Below are positions 35,827 through 47,800 of a stretch of 64,000 bases of DNA, piece by piece; the stretch's first letter is position 1; each line of letters begins with the position of its first letter. This DNA is from Balanoglossus misakiensis (taxonomy: Eukaryota; Animalia; Hemichordata). Location: contig CM082579.2 of NCBI GenBank assembly GCA_040954595.2, forward strand, positions 2,596,345 through 2,660,344, in the 5' to 3' direction. Both the position numbers and the translations under genes were made by a program. The notes beneath the pieces are model-generated. The model saw nothing but the letters and a program-made list of their open reading frames with translations, was not told the origin of the DNA and ran no database searches.

Positions 35827-38800
35827 GTAAGAATGCTAGTGCTTTTTACCATACTGATAATCATCATGTCATGCGGTAATGTGTGAATACTATTACTTTT
35901 CACAGTGGTGGCAGAATCAATATTACACATGTATGTATACAGTGATGCTAAAAAGATTACTTACTTTTAAAATACTTAAATCGCAGATATAATTGAAGTG
36001 GCTTTTTGAAAGTCATGACAACCACAACATACACACACTTCACAAAACATTATGTGTGTCTGGTTATCTTCTACTGTGGTTGGTCATCTGCAAAATGGTA
36101 TATCTATCTATTTGTAAGTTGTAGTGTATGTCTGTATAATCGTAAAAACATTGAACAGTAAATGTTGTCTATGTCATCAAACCAAATGTACATGTAGCTG
36201 TGATGTCTCTTACTGTTATTACACATAGGTAAACCTGTGCCCAGTGCAAAAGTGAAGGCCTTTATTGAAGGTAGTTCGTTCTGGAATGAAATCCGAGGTA
36301 CAGAGCCTCCAATTTGTCTCCAAATAATTCCCATCATAATCATCCAAAATTCATAGCCAACCTCTCTTGCAATCTTAGCCTTCTTGGGTACTGACACGAC
36401 TGAAACTAACATGCTAGAAATAGCCCACATCATCAACAACCAGTTTAACTCTTTCACTGCCCTACGTTTTTGGCCAACCCCATTTATTCAATGGTGTTGG
36501 TTGAACCCACACACAAAAATAGGAGTGAAAGGGTTAATGTCCCTCTTCCACAGTGAAACAGACCTATTTACACTATACTCAAAGTTTTCCTGCAAAACAT
36601 TCTCGATTTCTAATGCATAGAAACCTGACTCACACTTTCTACTTCCAGATTTAAAATTCACAACTCTGTGTTATGGTATATTTTGGGGATCAGAAGTATC
36701 TAAAGCCCATATAACTTTTTTAACGTGTAGAAAACACAAAGTTGTAGTGAAGCTTAAAACCAGTGGCCTATTTGGACTTGGCTCAAGTTTCTGAAACGAC
36801 AGCATTAAACGTCATCACATAACACTTGTGAAGGTGTTATTATTGCTTATATCTTTATATCACCTTATCACTTGTCTTCCAAACCTGTCCTCTACATCTT
36901 TGCTGCACACAACACAATTCGCAAACATTTTCCTTGCTTATAACATATTATGTTTGTGGTGTGTTTGTGTGTTATTTTGTTGTGTGTTTTCCACTGTGGT
37001 GTGTTCGACTGTCCATCTCGTACCAAGGTAGGTGAATCTGCAACAGAGTCACTGCCAGGAATCTTATTTGTGTGTGGTGTGTGCATTAATCCAATAGAAA
37101 CATGGCAAACTCTACACGAACAAGACAAAATTTGCATGCAGATTGTAATTATCGCGAATTCTGTCTATGCTACTCTCTGTTACCTTAGTTACTAAGGTGA
37201 CACTGACTAGCAAGCTTTGTGGTGACTGCAATTCACTGAATTAAAATTGAGTTCTTGCATGTTAATTTCTTTTTTTCTGCAGAATTTGACAGACAGATTT
37301 ATCAAGAACTGTGCCTTGCTTTCTGTTTTGTCACTTTTACCAAGGCAGTGTGTTCTTTGGTGTCTGTGTACTGATTGACTTGGATTTAACTTTCCTAATG
37401 CAGTTTGCACCTCAGAAATTAAAATCTTTTCATACTAGATCCTCTATTCTCAAGTGCTCTGATTCTGTCCAAATAAAATGATTCATTATTTTCACAGTGA
37501 TTCCACACAATCGACAGTAAAAAAGACTAAAGTGCTTATGAATGGCAGTGCACTATGTAGAGATTTTATAAGAGAATTCATCTTGACACAAAATTCCTTT
37601 CTGAGGTGCATTCTACTTTTATAAAGCTCACCAGTTGCGTTTCTGGTTATTGATCCTGAGTGCTGTGATATTGAGATGTGGACTGTTTCCACGTTCTGCA
37701 ACTTTGCACTCTCCCAGCCATAACCCCCTGTTCATCATTCCTTTTTTTCACACCAGGTTCAAAACCGAGCAACCGGACAACTCTGGCCCTCCGGACCACC
37801 GCCGTCTCCAAGGTTGGAGAGAGACGAGGTAGTTCCTCCAGCATTGCATCTGACATATCACAGAAATCAGACATATCACATGGGTCCAGAAAATCCTCTG
37901 CATCTTCACGATCACCCAGGGGTATATCAGGTGGTGGTGCTAGTAATCCCATTCCTCTCAGACTACAAAGTAAGAAATGCATGCTTCTGTGTGGCTGTTA
38001 AATTCATACTTTTATTGTGTCATGCATGTGATATTTTTATGAATCTGACTTTTGTAGTCTTGTGTGGTTGTAGGCTTAGTGCTTTCATTACAGTCATGGT
38101 GTTTCATATTGCATGCAGATGCATGTGGGTGGTTCTAAATATCATCTTTTAGTTAATTAGTTTAGTTGGTTGGTTAGTTAGTTTGTGTGTGTTAGTGTGG
38201 TCATATTTATGTGTTATTCTAATCCATACATCAAAAATAAACCTAGGAGATTTCTTAAACTTTATCACTTACCCAAGAACTCTTGCATACCTGTGATCAC
38301 TTAAAATCCATTTCATAATTTTAATGAATGACTTCTCCATTCTGTTGCATTTTGCAAACGTACCCTGCCTTGAATACAATTTTTATGGTAACTCGTTTTA
38401 AGTTGCATACTTGTAGCAACAACATAAATGAATGCTAATTTTTTCGTTTATCACATTCCATCTGGTCAGCCAAAAAACCCAAAGGACGTTCACTAATACC
38501 ATACCGAAGTAGTAAGTAATCCTCTGTGCCCTTCAGATCATTGTAACACACGTCATCCCCCTTGTCCCTAGTACAACCACTCTGCATTGCACAGCGACAA
38601 CATCCTAGTTGTATTACAATGCATGTGGATCAACTTGATATCATAATCATTTTTATCTCCAAACATTTTTGCAGTCATAATGTTAGTCTCCACAGTTCAG
38701 TTAATACCAGTGTTTAGGTGTACATGAATGTTATACATTTATTATCAAACATTATGTGTTTGTCTTGTTCTCTTTTCCTTCATAAAACTTCAAACGTAAA

Positions 38801-41800
38801 AGTCAACAAAATCATGTGTATCCCTTATCTGTTATCATTCATGAATGAAATTATAAGTTTATATTCATTGTAGTGATTATACTTTAAGGTAGTACTCAGC
38901 ACAGTGTGTTTTCTAGGCTATTTTAGTTTCAAAGAAGATGGTAATGTCAGTGATTGGAGATCACAAATGCATGTTTTCTTTCCTGACCCAGATAGGCAGA
39001 TTTACATTAGCTTATTAGGGCATTCAAAAGCACTGTTGAAGTGATTTATTGCCCACCTTCACAAAATTGGATTTGTTTGTAGTATGAGCACTCGCTCTTT
39101 CACCATGATTCCATTAGCTTGCATTATAGGCATACTCCCCTCAGAATTCACTGGGTTTTGGCCAAAATGCGTTGGGGAGAGGCCAAAGCTGCCGGGCCTT
39201 GTCATCTTATTTCAGTGTGCAAGCAATAGCATGCACTGCACCAGTCAATTGCACTTTCACCAAACACAGTATGCTTGCATCATATCTGAATCTGCAAAAT
39301 TGAATTATGAAATAAAGAATGAACACTCACAGCACAGCTGCATCACCCTGAAATTTTTAAGCAGTAGTGCAAACAACAATGACATTACCAGGTTCTTTTG
39401 TAATGTGCATCTACTGATCCAGAGTTATTAAAGGTATACAGTCACCTAAAATATGCAATTAATATAGCCGCAATTACCATAGAGAGTTGAAATCTTGTCA
39501 ATAACAAATTTTCACTTGTTTGCCACCGTATGGTTATTAGAAGACTAGACGCACTTGTTTAACCACATGGGCATATTAGAGGTGATTGTATTCCTTTAAG
39601 ATCTGCTTTTTTTCTTGTAAGATCTACACTCCATCCTCTGTTAACTGACTTTTTATAGGTACCAGTAAGCAGTGGCCACCACAATCTACAGAATCTAGAC
39701 TTAAGAGCACCGGTGTTGGAAAGGGAAAGACAACTTCAGCCAGCACCACCACTACTACAACAACCACTAGTAAAGTGCCTGTTAGACCTAGTAATAAAAG
39801 TCTCTCTCGAATTAAATCTGCACAAAGTGCCTCTAGCGCATCTCATAGTGCTGCAGCTTCTACTGCTGCTACCACCTCTGCTCATGTAACAACTTCTGCC
39901 TCCTCTAAGACTCTGTCATCTGGTAAGATTTTTCGTGTTGGTTTTCTACGTGTCTGTGCTGTGCTGTTTGTCTTGAAGTTGTTGCATGTTTTGTTGGGTC
40001 TGTTTCTGCATTTTGTTGTCTTCTTGTACGTGCATATGTTATTTTGATGTCATGCTCAATTTATGAGGTTTGCTACAGTTCATTGAGCATTAAGACAACA
40101 GTTGATGCTATTGAACAACCCTGAGGGCGCTATCCGTAGTAAAATTTTGCCTTGGCATAACTGCCGAGCACAACAAACATTCACAAGTGTATGAAGAGTC
40201 TACTTCATGGGAAAATCTTTAGTGAAAAATTAACAGTTGGAACTAATGACAATTGACATAATATTGAGTAAATTTATTATAATTCAATCAATAAATGTTG
40301 ACAAAATAGATGAGGCAACTCAGTTATTGTGAAACAGTAAATGAGAGATAATGCTTTATTATACAGGCTTCAGTGCTAAATATTAGAACATCAGATAAAC
40401 CACACGATTTTTGTTTCAGTTCATGAACTACCATAATCTGTAAGCTGTATTATAAACTGTCAATATTTTCCAAAGTACAAAGAAGCAAACAAAAAAGACG
40501 TGAAAAGGTACATGTGATCCATGATTTCTAAATAATTTTCTGACAGAATTTGTGTGATTTAATTTACAGTGAGGCGAGGGTCTGAGCATGGGACACAATC
40601 TACCTCTGGCAGCAAACAGAGACCATCCAGTGGACGTCTTCTTCCGGCAACTCCATCAAGCAGAAAACCTGGTAAGTCTGAAATGATCTTTGCAGACCAT
40701 TGAAGTTGTCTGCAGAACTTGAGCCATTTCACGACCTACGTAGCTGAATATTGGGGATGTTTTGTTTCCTTGGAGTGAAAACGTTCCGTTCTACCCAGGT
40801 GGTAGAAGCATCTACCATCGTTGTGGGGGTCAGTCTCAAGTAGCCAACACAAGCCACGCCACGCATTCTTTCCCGATTCCTTGTGGTCTAATGAAGTGTG
40901 CCAGACGCCTGTTTGACTCATGGGACTGTAGTTGTTTTGTAGTCAGGGCAAAAGTTAAAGTCCTATGTCTGTCAGGTCAGGTTTCCATCATGTTTTCATT
41001 GCTGATGCTTTGGATAAGTTGGGAGTTGTGTAGTTTTATAGGAATTTGACATTATTTTGACTTAACAGGAAAAATAATAATTGTAATCTTCCATGCTATC
41101 TTTTACAATAAGAGTGAAGCAGTTCTTCTTTTATTATTATCAAGTTATTGTGTAAATCATGCCTCATTATTGGTGTACTCTCACCTTGACTTCAGAATCC
41201 TTTCATATCTTTCTGTTTTCTTATATATGATTCTTTAGCAAAGGGATTCTCTCGATCCCCAGATATCATGATTGACCATTTCCAAGCATTCCTCAATGTT
41301 TAAACTCACAGTGCATGATGGAGGCAGAAAAAACAAACGCGGTTCTCAAATGTGCTGTTTAGAGTCACTCCATGTCTCCAAATGTTTACATTAGCTGTGT
41401 GGTTTATCATCCCTTGGGTTTTGGCCTCAGGGAGAGGACAAGTAAACTGTGTCGCTCTGAGATACATCTGTCATAGTCAGAGCTAAAGCACAAATCCTTG
41501 GCAAACCTAAACTATCCCTTGTGCCAGGCATATTACCAAACATTCATCCAGTGTTACATTCCATTCTAATCACTTTCTGGGAGTCGGTTTTCCCATGTGT
41601 GTTGCAATTCTTAGTATTTGAAGAAGAAAATAACTACTCTGAGTGGCTTTTCTCATAAATTGATCTTGAAAGTGAATCTGGTTACTTAGTAAGTAAAGCA
41701 AGCTGTTAAAACAGCCCAGGTTGGGTGATTTGCTTTACAGACTTGGCCACATGTTTGTTGTCAGAGTAATTGCGGTCAAAACACACACTGTCTTGTGCGT

Positions 41801-44800
41801 AGCATTGGCTCATGGGTCGGCTCCTGGGGCACCACTGCTACCAAGACAAGTGTGGAAAATGCCGTTTCGAAACAGTCATCCCTTTGTCATGGGATGATCC
41901 TAAACCATAGTATATCTGACAATTCCTAATTGATCATAGATAACACAGACTCTAACATAACTTGAGCTAAGATGTAATTCAGATGCAATTCTATCCAAAC
42001 TGTTTGACAAGAATCTTGCGAAGCAGTGAAGATTTACTTTGTATCAACAAGATAGGTGGAGTACAGATGTTTTCAGTAAACTGCCTACTCACAAGATATC
42101 TTGACCTTAAAAGTTGAAGTCTGACAGTCATTATCAAGGACACATATGGTACACTTTTGTCTTCCTCATATAATGTAACTGGTACCCATTTTGTACATGG
42201 TACATTCTCAAAAGTTTTAGACTCACATCAAAATTCACATATCAGTTTATATGGAAATATTTAAAGTATTTAAAAATTGCTTGGTATTGAAAAATGATCT
42301 AAACAAATAGAAGTAAAAGATATTAATTTCCCCAGTGAAAGTGAAAAAATTATAAGATGCGTGTTGGAATGAGTTTAGACTTCTATCTGTGATATACCAA
42401 GACCCAGTTGGTGTTGTCTCCCCCCTCTCGTGCAATGGTTCATCCCACAGCAATACCGGAAAACTTTACATGAGTGCTTGCTGGGGACCACTTGCAGATC
42501 GCGTGTGAAACAGAAACAGATGCTGTTTAAAGGGACTACTGCCCCTCAATACAAACCAGACAAAGGGACAAAGGGAATTGAGCGTATACATGTACCAAGT
42601 CTGCAGTATTGTGTCTCTGATTGACTTTTGTCCGTAGAATCAGGAATTAAGAGATGCTGACTCTACTGATCGCAGGTAAAGTGTCAAAATTAAGTTTTCA
42701 GAGAAAGCCTTTTTTTAAAGTTACTGGAAAAGGTTTGGTGAGTTCATAATTAATGATTTTTATGATGATTTTTGCCAAAGTTCTGATATGCATACTTTTA
42801 AAAAAACTTTTTGGCTAAGGCTTTCAAGTAAAGATTTTTGTGTTTACATGTTAGAGAAGGTTCCAATTAAGATGTTTGTGTTATTTGTTGCACCAGAGGG
42901 GATGTTCCAAATATAGAGTCCCATCACAAGCCTAACAAGTTACCATCTGTGTTGTCTTATACTGATACTGGGAATTAACTTTTGGTATTTTCAGGTTTGC
43001 GCTCGCACATTTGAAAGTGTTTTAAAAAGTGATCTAATATTGTACATGTGTTGTTAAGTTAAATCTTGATCTGCTCAAAGCCCTTAATTCCAAGTTTTGA
43101 ATACTGGTCTGTATCTTGTATCTTCTCATGATAGTCCATTTAATCTCCTTAGTGATAGTGTTTGGGTCAGCATTTAATCGGTGGGGTTGTTTTGTACAAG
43201 AAAGAGAAGTTTGCCCCAGAGGTCAAGTGAAAACAGCCGACACAAGTCAGAATTGGCAGGTCCAGTCTGGACTGAATCCAGCCCAGCCTATAGTTGATTT
43301 TTGTGTACCCCAGTGGGACTTCCACATTTATTCATAGGGATGAATGGAGAGTAACCAAAGAAGTGTAGCTTTTGTAACTCTTTTAATAGTTTGTTGGCTC
43401 AGGACCAGATTTCACAATAAATTGAAAATTAACATATACATTTCAGCAATGGCTTTTTCCCCTGTTTTTGTTGCTCCATATCATTTGATAGAAACTTCAG
43501 AATTCGGAAAGAAAGTTTTGTTTGAAATAAACGCAAATATATGTATATATATTCTTCAAGCAATGAAGTCATGACCTCAGGTGTATTGGGCCTGCTGTTT
43601 ACACTTTTGTCTGGTCATGAAATATTTATGATGCTGCTCATTACAGACTCAAAAAGTACACGGAAATCAGCAAACGGTTCCATTCACACTCTCATACTAA
43701 CCCCTAATTGAATCGAAAGCATGTCTGCCAAATTTTGTTCTAACAAAAGACTTGCTTAATTGTACAGAGTTGGCACCATCCATCCAGAATCGTTACACTG
43801 TCACATTTACATAATCACATGTTACTTTGTGAGATACGCTAGAAATTGATCAATATATAAAAAAAATATTGATATAATTGTATGCAGCAGCCTTAGGATG
43901 TTCTGTGTAATAATCATGATCGTGAATAAAAATAGAAAATGTCCAGACTGTTAAATATATTGGTTTATTTAGTTTCATTCTGCACATAATAATGTCTAGT
44001 CAATTACCTGGGTGACTGTACTTTATACATAAGAGCGAACAATGACATGTATATTGCTAAGGCACTATTGGTGAAGGCTGTCTTTATGTGCGTATATCAT
44101 GATTATTAAGTAGCATCGATGCTGAAGTGAGCATGTCCACAGATTACCTGTGTATGGAATAGACGTCAATTTCCAGCGTATCACATTTCACTGTGTTCAG
44201 TCTCATTTTACAACATGGCTACCTGGACGTAGACTTGGAAGTGTGACTTGTTCCAGTTTTATTTTTTGTGTTTTGTCAGTTTCCTGTGAGTTGTCAGCAT
44301 CATCCCGGGGAATATTTATTAGAGTTTGATTATTCAGTCTTCCTGTTGGCATTTTTGCTGGATATGGTAATCGGGTGTGCAGTGTTTCAAGAGGCCTTAG
44401 TGTTACAACACAGAACGCTATGCTCTTTATTCAATGGAGACATTTCTTGATCGGGTAAAACACTGTTACTAAGGATTATGCAGTGGCATAGAGCTAGAGT
44501 CTCCCTGTCGGAGCTCCATCTCAAAATCCGACTGGCCACCAAAGGAGCACTGCGGAAAATCCTGACCCCTACGGAATGTCGCATATCTGCCGGTATGACA
44601 TCTCTATTACTCTCACTGTATATGTTCCATCACTCGGCAGTAATTGAGTGTTGTTATGTGCCACACATAACATTTTAGAAATTTTAAACACAATATTATG
44701 CCATAGTAGAAAGAGTTGAGTATAACCTTGGAATTTTTTTACAATCAGTAGAATTTCTGTTTTTGATATTTTCCTACATTTTTGATAAAACCTTGGAAGC

Positions 44801-47800
44801 CTCCCTTGCAATCATCCAGATGTCAAGATGTTGTGTCGTTGTGAAAATGGTTGTGAATACCTTTGGTGGAAGTACATGCATATACTTGAAACATTTTTGC
44901 CATGGCCATTCGATGACATATTTCATGTAACTGAATATTGAAATATTGTGTATTTTTAAATTATTCATATGTAATAGACTTTTCTGTCATATGTTGTAAA
45001 ATGCACCTGCTGTGATCTTTGAAGTCTATTTTCCATCATTTCCTTGGCATTGTATACAGCGATTCCTGTTCAATTTCTCCTCACGGTTTGTTGAAATTGC
45101 TCAAAGTCAAGACAGATCGTGTAATCGATGAGTCACACAGCACAGAAGTTCCGGATAAATGAAGTAATCCCTTTACTATCCATTGCCCCCACAACCATCT
45201 GGGAATTGGAGAACTAAAGAATTCCTGCCGGATATGTATATATGATACCAAGCAGTGACTTCTCCAGGTCTTGCCAGTGCATGAACTCTCTCCGTAGGAT
45301 CTAACACTAATGAGTGATTTCATCCATCTCTGTTATGTACAATGTGCTACAGAGCAGTTAATGTGACTATACTTTCAACGTCCATTTATTCTATAATGAT
45401 TGAGTGCTAATTACTTATTGAATATTGTATCATAAAATAACTAAACATGGTGCCAGTGCTATCTCAAATTCAGTATGATTTTCGTTTTCCCTAACTCCTG
45501 AAAATGTCAGGTTCTGGACAACTTATTTTATAGATTTGGCAGCAATGTTTACATGAAGTGAATCTTTCAGTTCTGTAACCGCTATATATTTCTTTAAGCC
45601 ACCTCCATCCCTCGCGCCTTCTTGTTCAATTCCACATTACAAATATTTGATCAAGTACTATCCATTAGAGGATATGCCAATAAAACACTCAGTGAAATGT
45701 ACATCTGTACTGATATACAGACTTTGCCAAAGGTCTTTCACTGTATAAATTTCATTGAAAGTTCAGCAAGGGATAATATTTGAAACGCGAAGCATGGCAA
45801 CAATGTTAATGGATCAACAGTTTGGCTGCAACTCTGACAGAAAACAGTAGGATAGTCAAGATGCTGGTGTGAAATGTGATCCAGCCAGAACCAGCCTGGG
45901 TTCTTGTTGATTTTTTTTGCAAGGATTCCATAATTAGTAGCGCTGATAGAATCCAATGTAAATATTGACTGTATAAGGCCATGCAGTACCATGATTACAA
46001 TATGCTACTGTGTGTTTGAATACAAATGTATAAAAAAGATGATTTTATCATGTCAGTGAATTAAGATTTTATCCTTCCTTGAAATCCCACAGTGTTCTGG
46101 ATATACCATGGTGCACTGCACCTGCAACAATGCATGATGTGTGTACATGTTGCAACATGGAATATGTTGAATTGTAATGGTTCACAGCAGTAATACAAAG
46201 AAATTTTATGATTTATCAATCAATGGTAAAAATATTAACATGGGGGTGTCATCTGGGTGTGAGCAGGAAGATAATAGCTTGCAAAATAAAAAAAAATGGT
46301 GTATTTCTAAATTTATTTCGGGTAGCAAATTTTAAATTGGAAGACAAAGGAGTGCAGAAAGAAGTGACAGAAGGCCTGACCTTAAAATTAACATTAAAAT
46401 ATATTAGCCTACTGTATGTTGTTATATAAGACTAACATTAGAATCCGGAATCTATTATTGTAGTACAGGCCATTAATAATCATAAATGCAAACATTACCC
46501 GACTTGATGCATTAGTTCATTCAACGTCCTCAGAACAGATGATGGTGTCCCAGCTGGTCTGAGCTGTGTTTAAATTGATCAATTGCCCTTTCTAGTGATA
46601 ATTTTGTCATCGGGGTGGGACTATATCTACCTGATGTCCTGGCTAGATCAATATGTTCAACAAACTCAAAGAGATATGTAAGTCTGTGATCTATTGTTCT
46701 GTACTTTGGTGCGTTACTGTCTGTCTGTACATTTTGCTGTTGAATAACAGTACTGGCTATTGTGTGAATTGTTAACAAAATATGTCGCTGTCGAAATAAC
46801 ATACATGTATGGCAGAAGGCAATATTTATTTAATAAAAAATATAAAAGTCATTCCTAATATCACATTCAGTTTCCATATGTCATGGGGAATGTTACAGGT
46901 GCTACTAGCTGTATCTCTGATCAGCAGAATAGGAGGCATGAGACTTTCCATATAAGATTAAGAGGTAGCGATTGCAGTTCTATGTGTTTTAAGGCTTGAG
47001 AAATCACACTGTATGATGGTTGCTGATTTGTAAAATGATTTTGTTTGCAGCAGCTTTAGTCAGACAACAATAGAATGGCCATGGGTGTTGTGGTACAGAT
47101 CTAGAGTGGGTGTATGCAAAGAGTTTGACACATTCAACAGTAGAATGGCTGTGGGTGTATATGTGTGACACAGAGTAGTTCATAATATAATAACCGTGTT
47201 TATTTTAAAAATATAGCTATCTCACTTATACCAAATTTTGATATTTTATTTCCAGACCAAAACCGAGAGAAAAGAACAGGTGCTCGGAGCAAAGCAACAC
47301 CAGCCAGTACAAGTCAGCCGGACTTAGTGTCAACGTCCATTGCCAGTGAGAGTGTTTCCAAGGAAATCAAGAGATTGGAAGCATTATGTGAAGCAAGGAC
47401 TAAAGAATTAACACTGATGAAGATTCAGTTCAGACAAGGTTTAACTGGCTTTGATGCCATGGCAGTGCTGGTCAGATATATGACTGAAGAGGTAATTATT
47501 GTGAGGTTAACTTTTTTCTTTGAATTTATCTTTGACATGAATACTTTGGAAGTCTGAGCCAATTCTAATCTTGATGTAATGTTTTTCGCCCACCTGTAGC
47601 TGGATGCATTTGCTGGACCATTGTTGTCAAAGAAACTCCAAGTGCTTCAGAAAGAACTTGAAGATGCGCAGCAGTTGATTGGTAAGTACAGTGTAAATAT
47701 GAAATAGACTAAATATTTTTACCCTTTTGATTTCAAATGTAAACATATCCAGACATATATATAAACTCATGTTTCATAGTAAGTCTGTAAGTGTACACAC

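Noticed and set aside
32568-35879. Treating the 1103-aa ORF as a stand-alone gene such as CLIP1 or DCTN1
   Set aside because: Its start is GTG inside an exon open from 32406, and it has a good donor at 35827. It has only one CAP-Gly, and the downstream coiled coil is MTUS-type.
36950-37031. Hydrophobic Cys/Val-rich ATG exon ([12 protein letters not shown]...) with a phase-1 donor, as a membrane-anchored isoform
   Set aside because: The composition is explained by TG-rich intronic low-complexity sequence and the donor is modest. Not supportable without reads.
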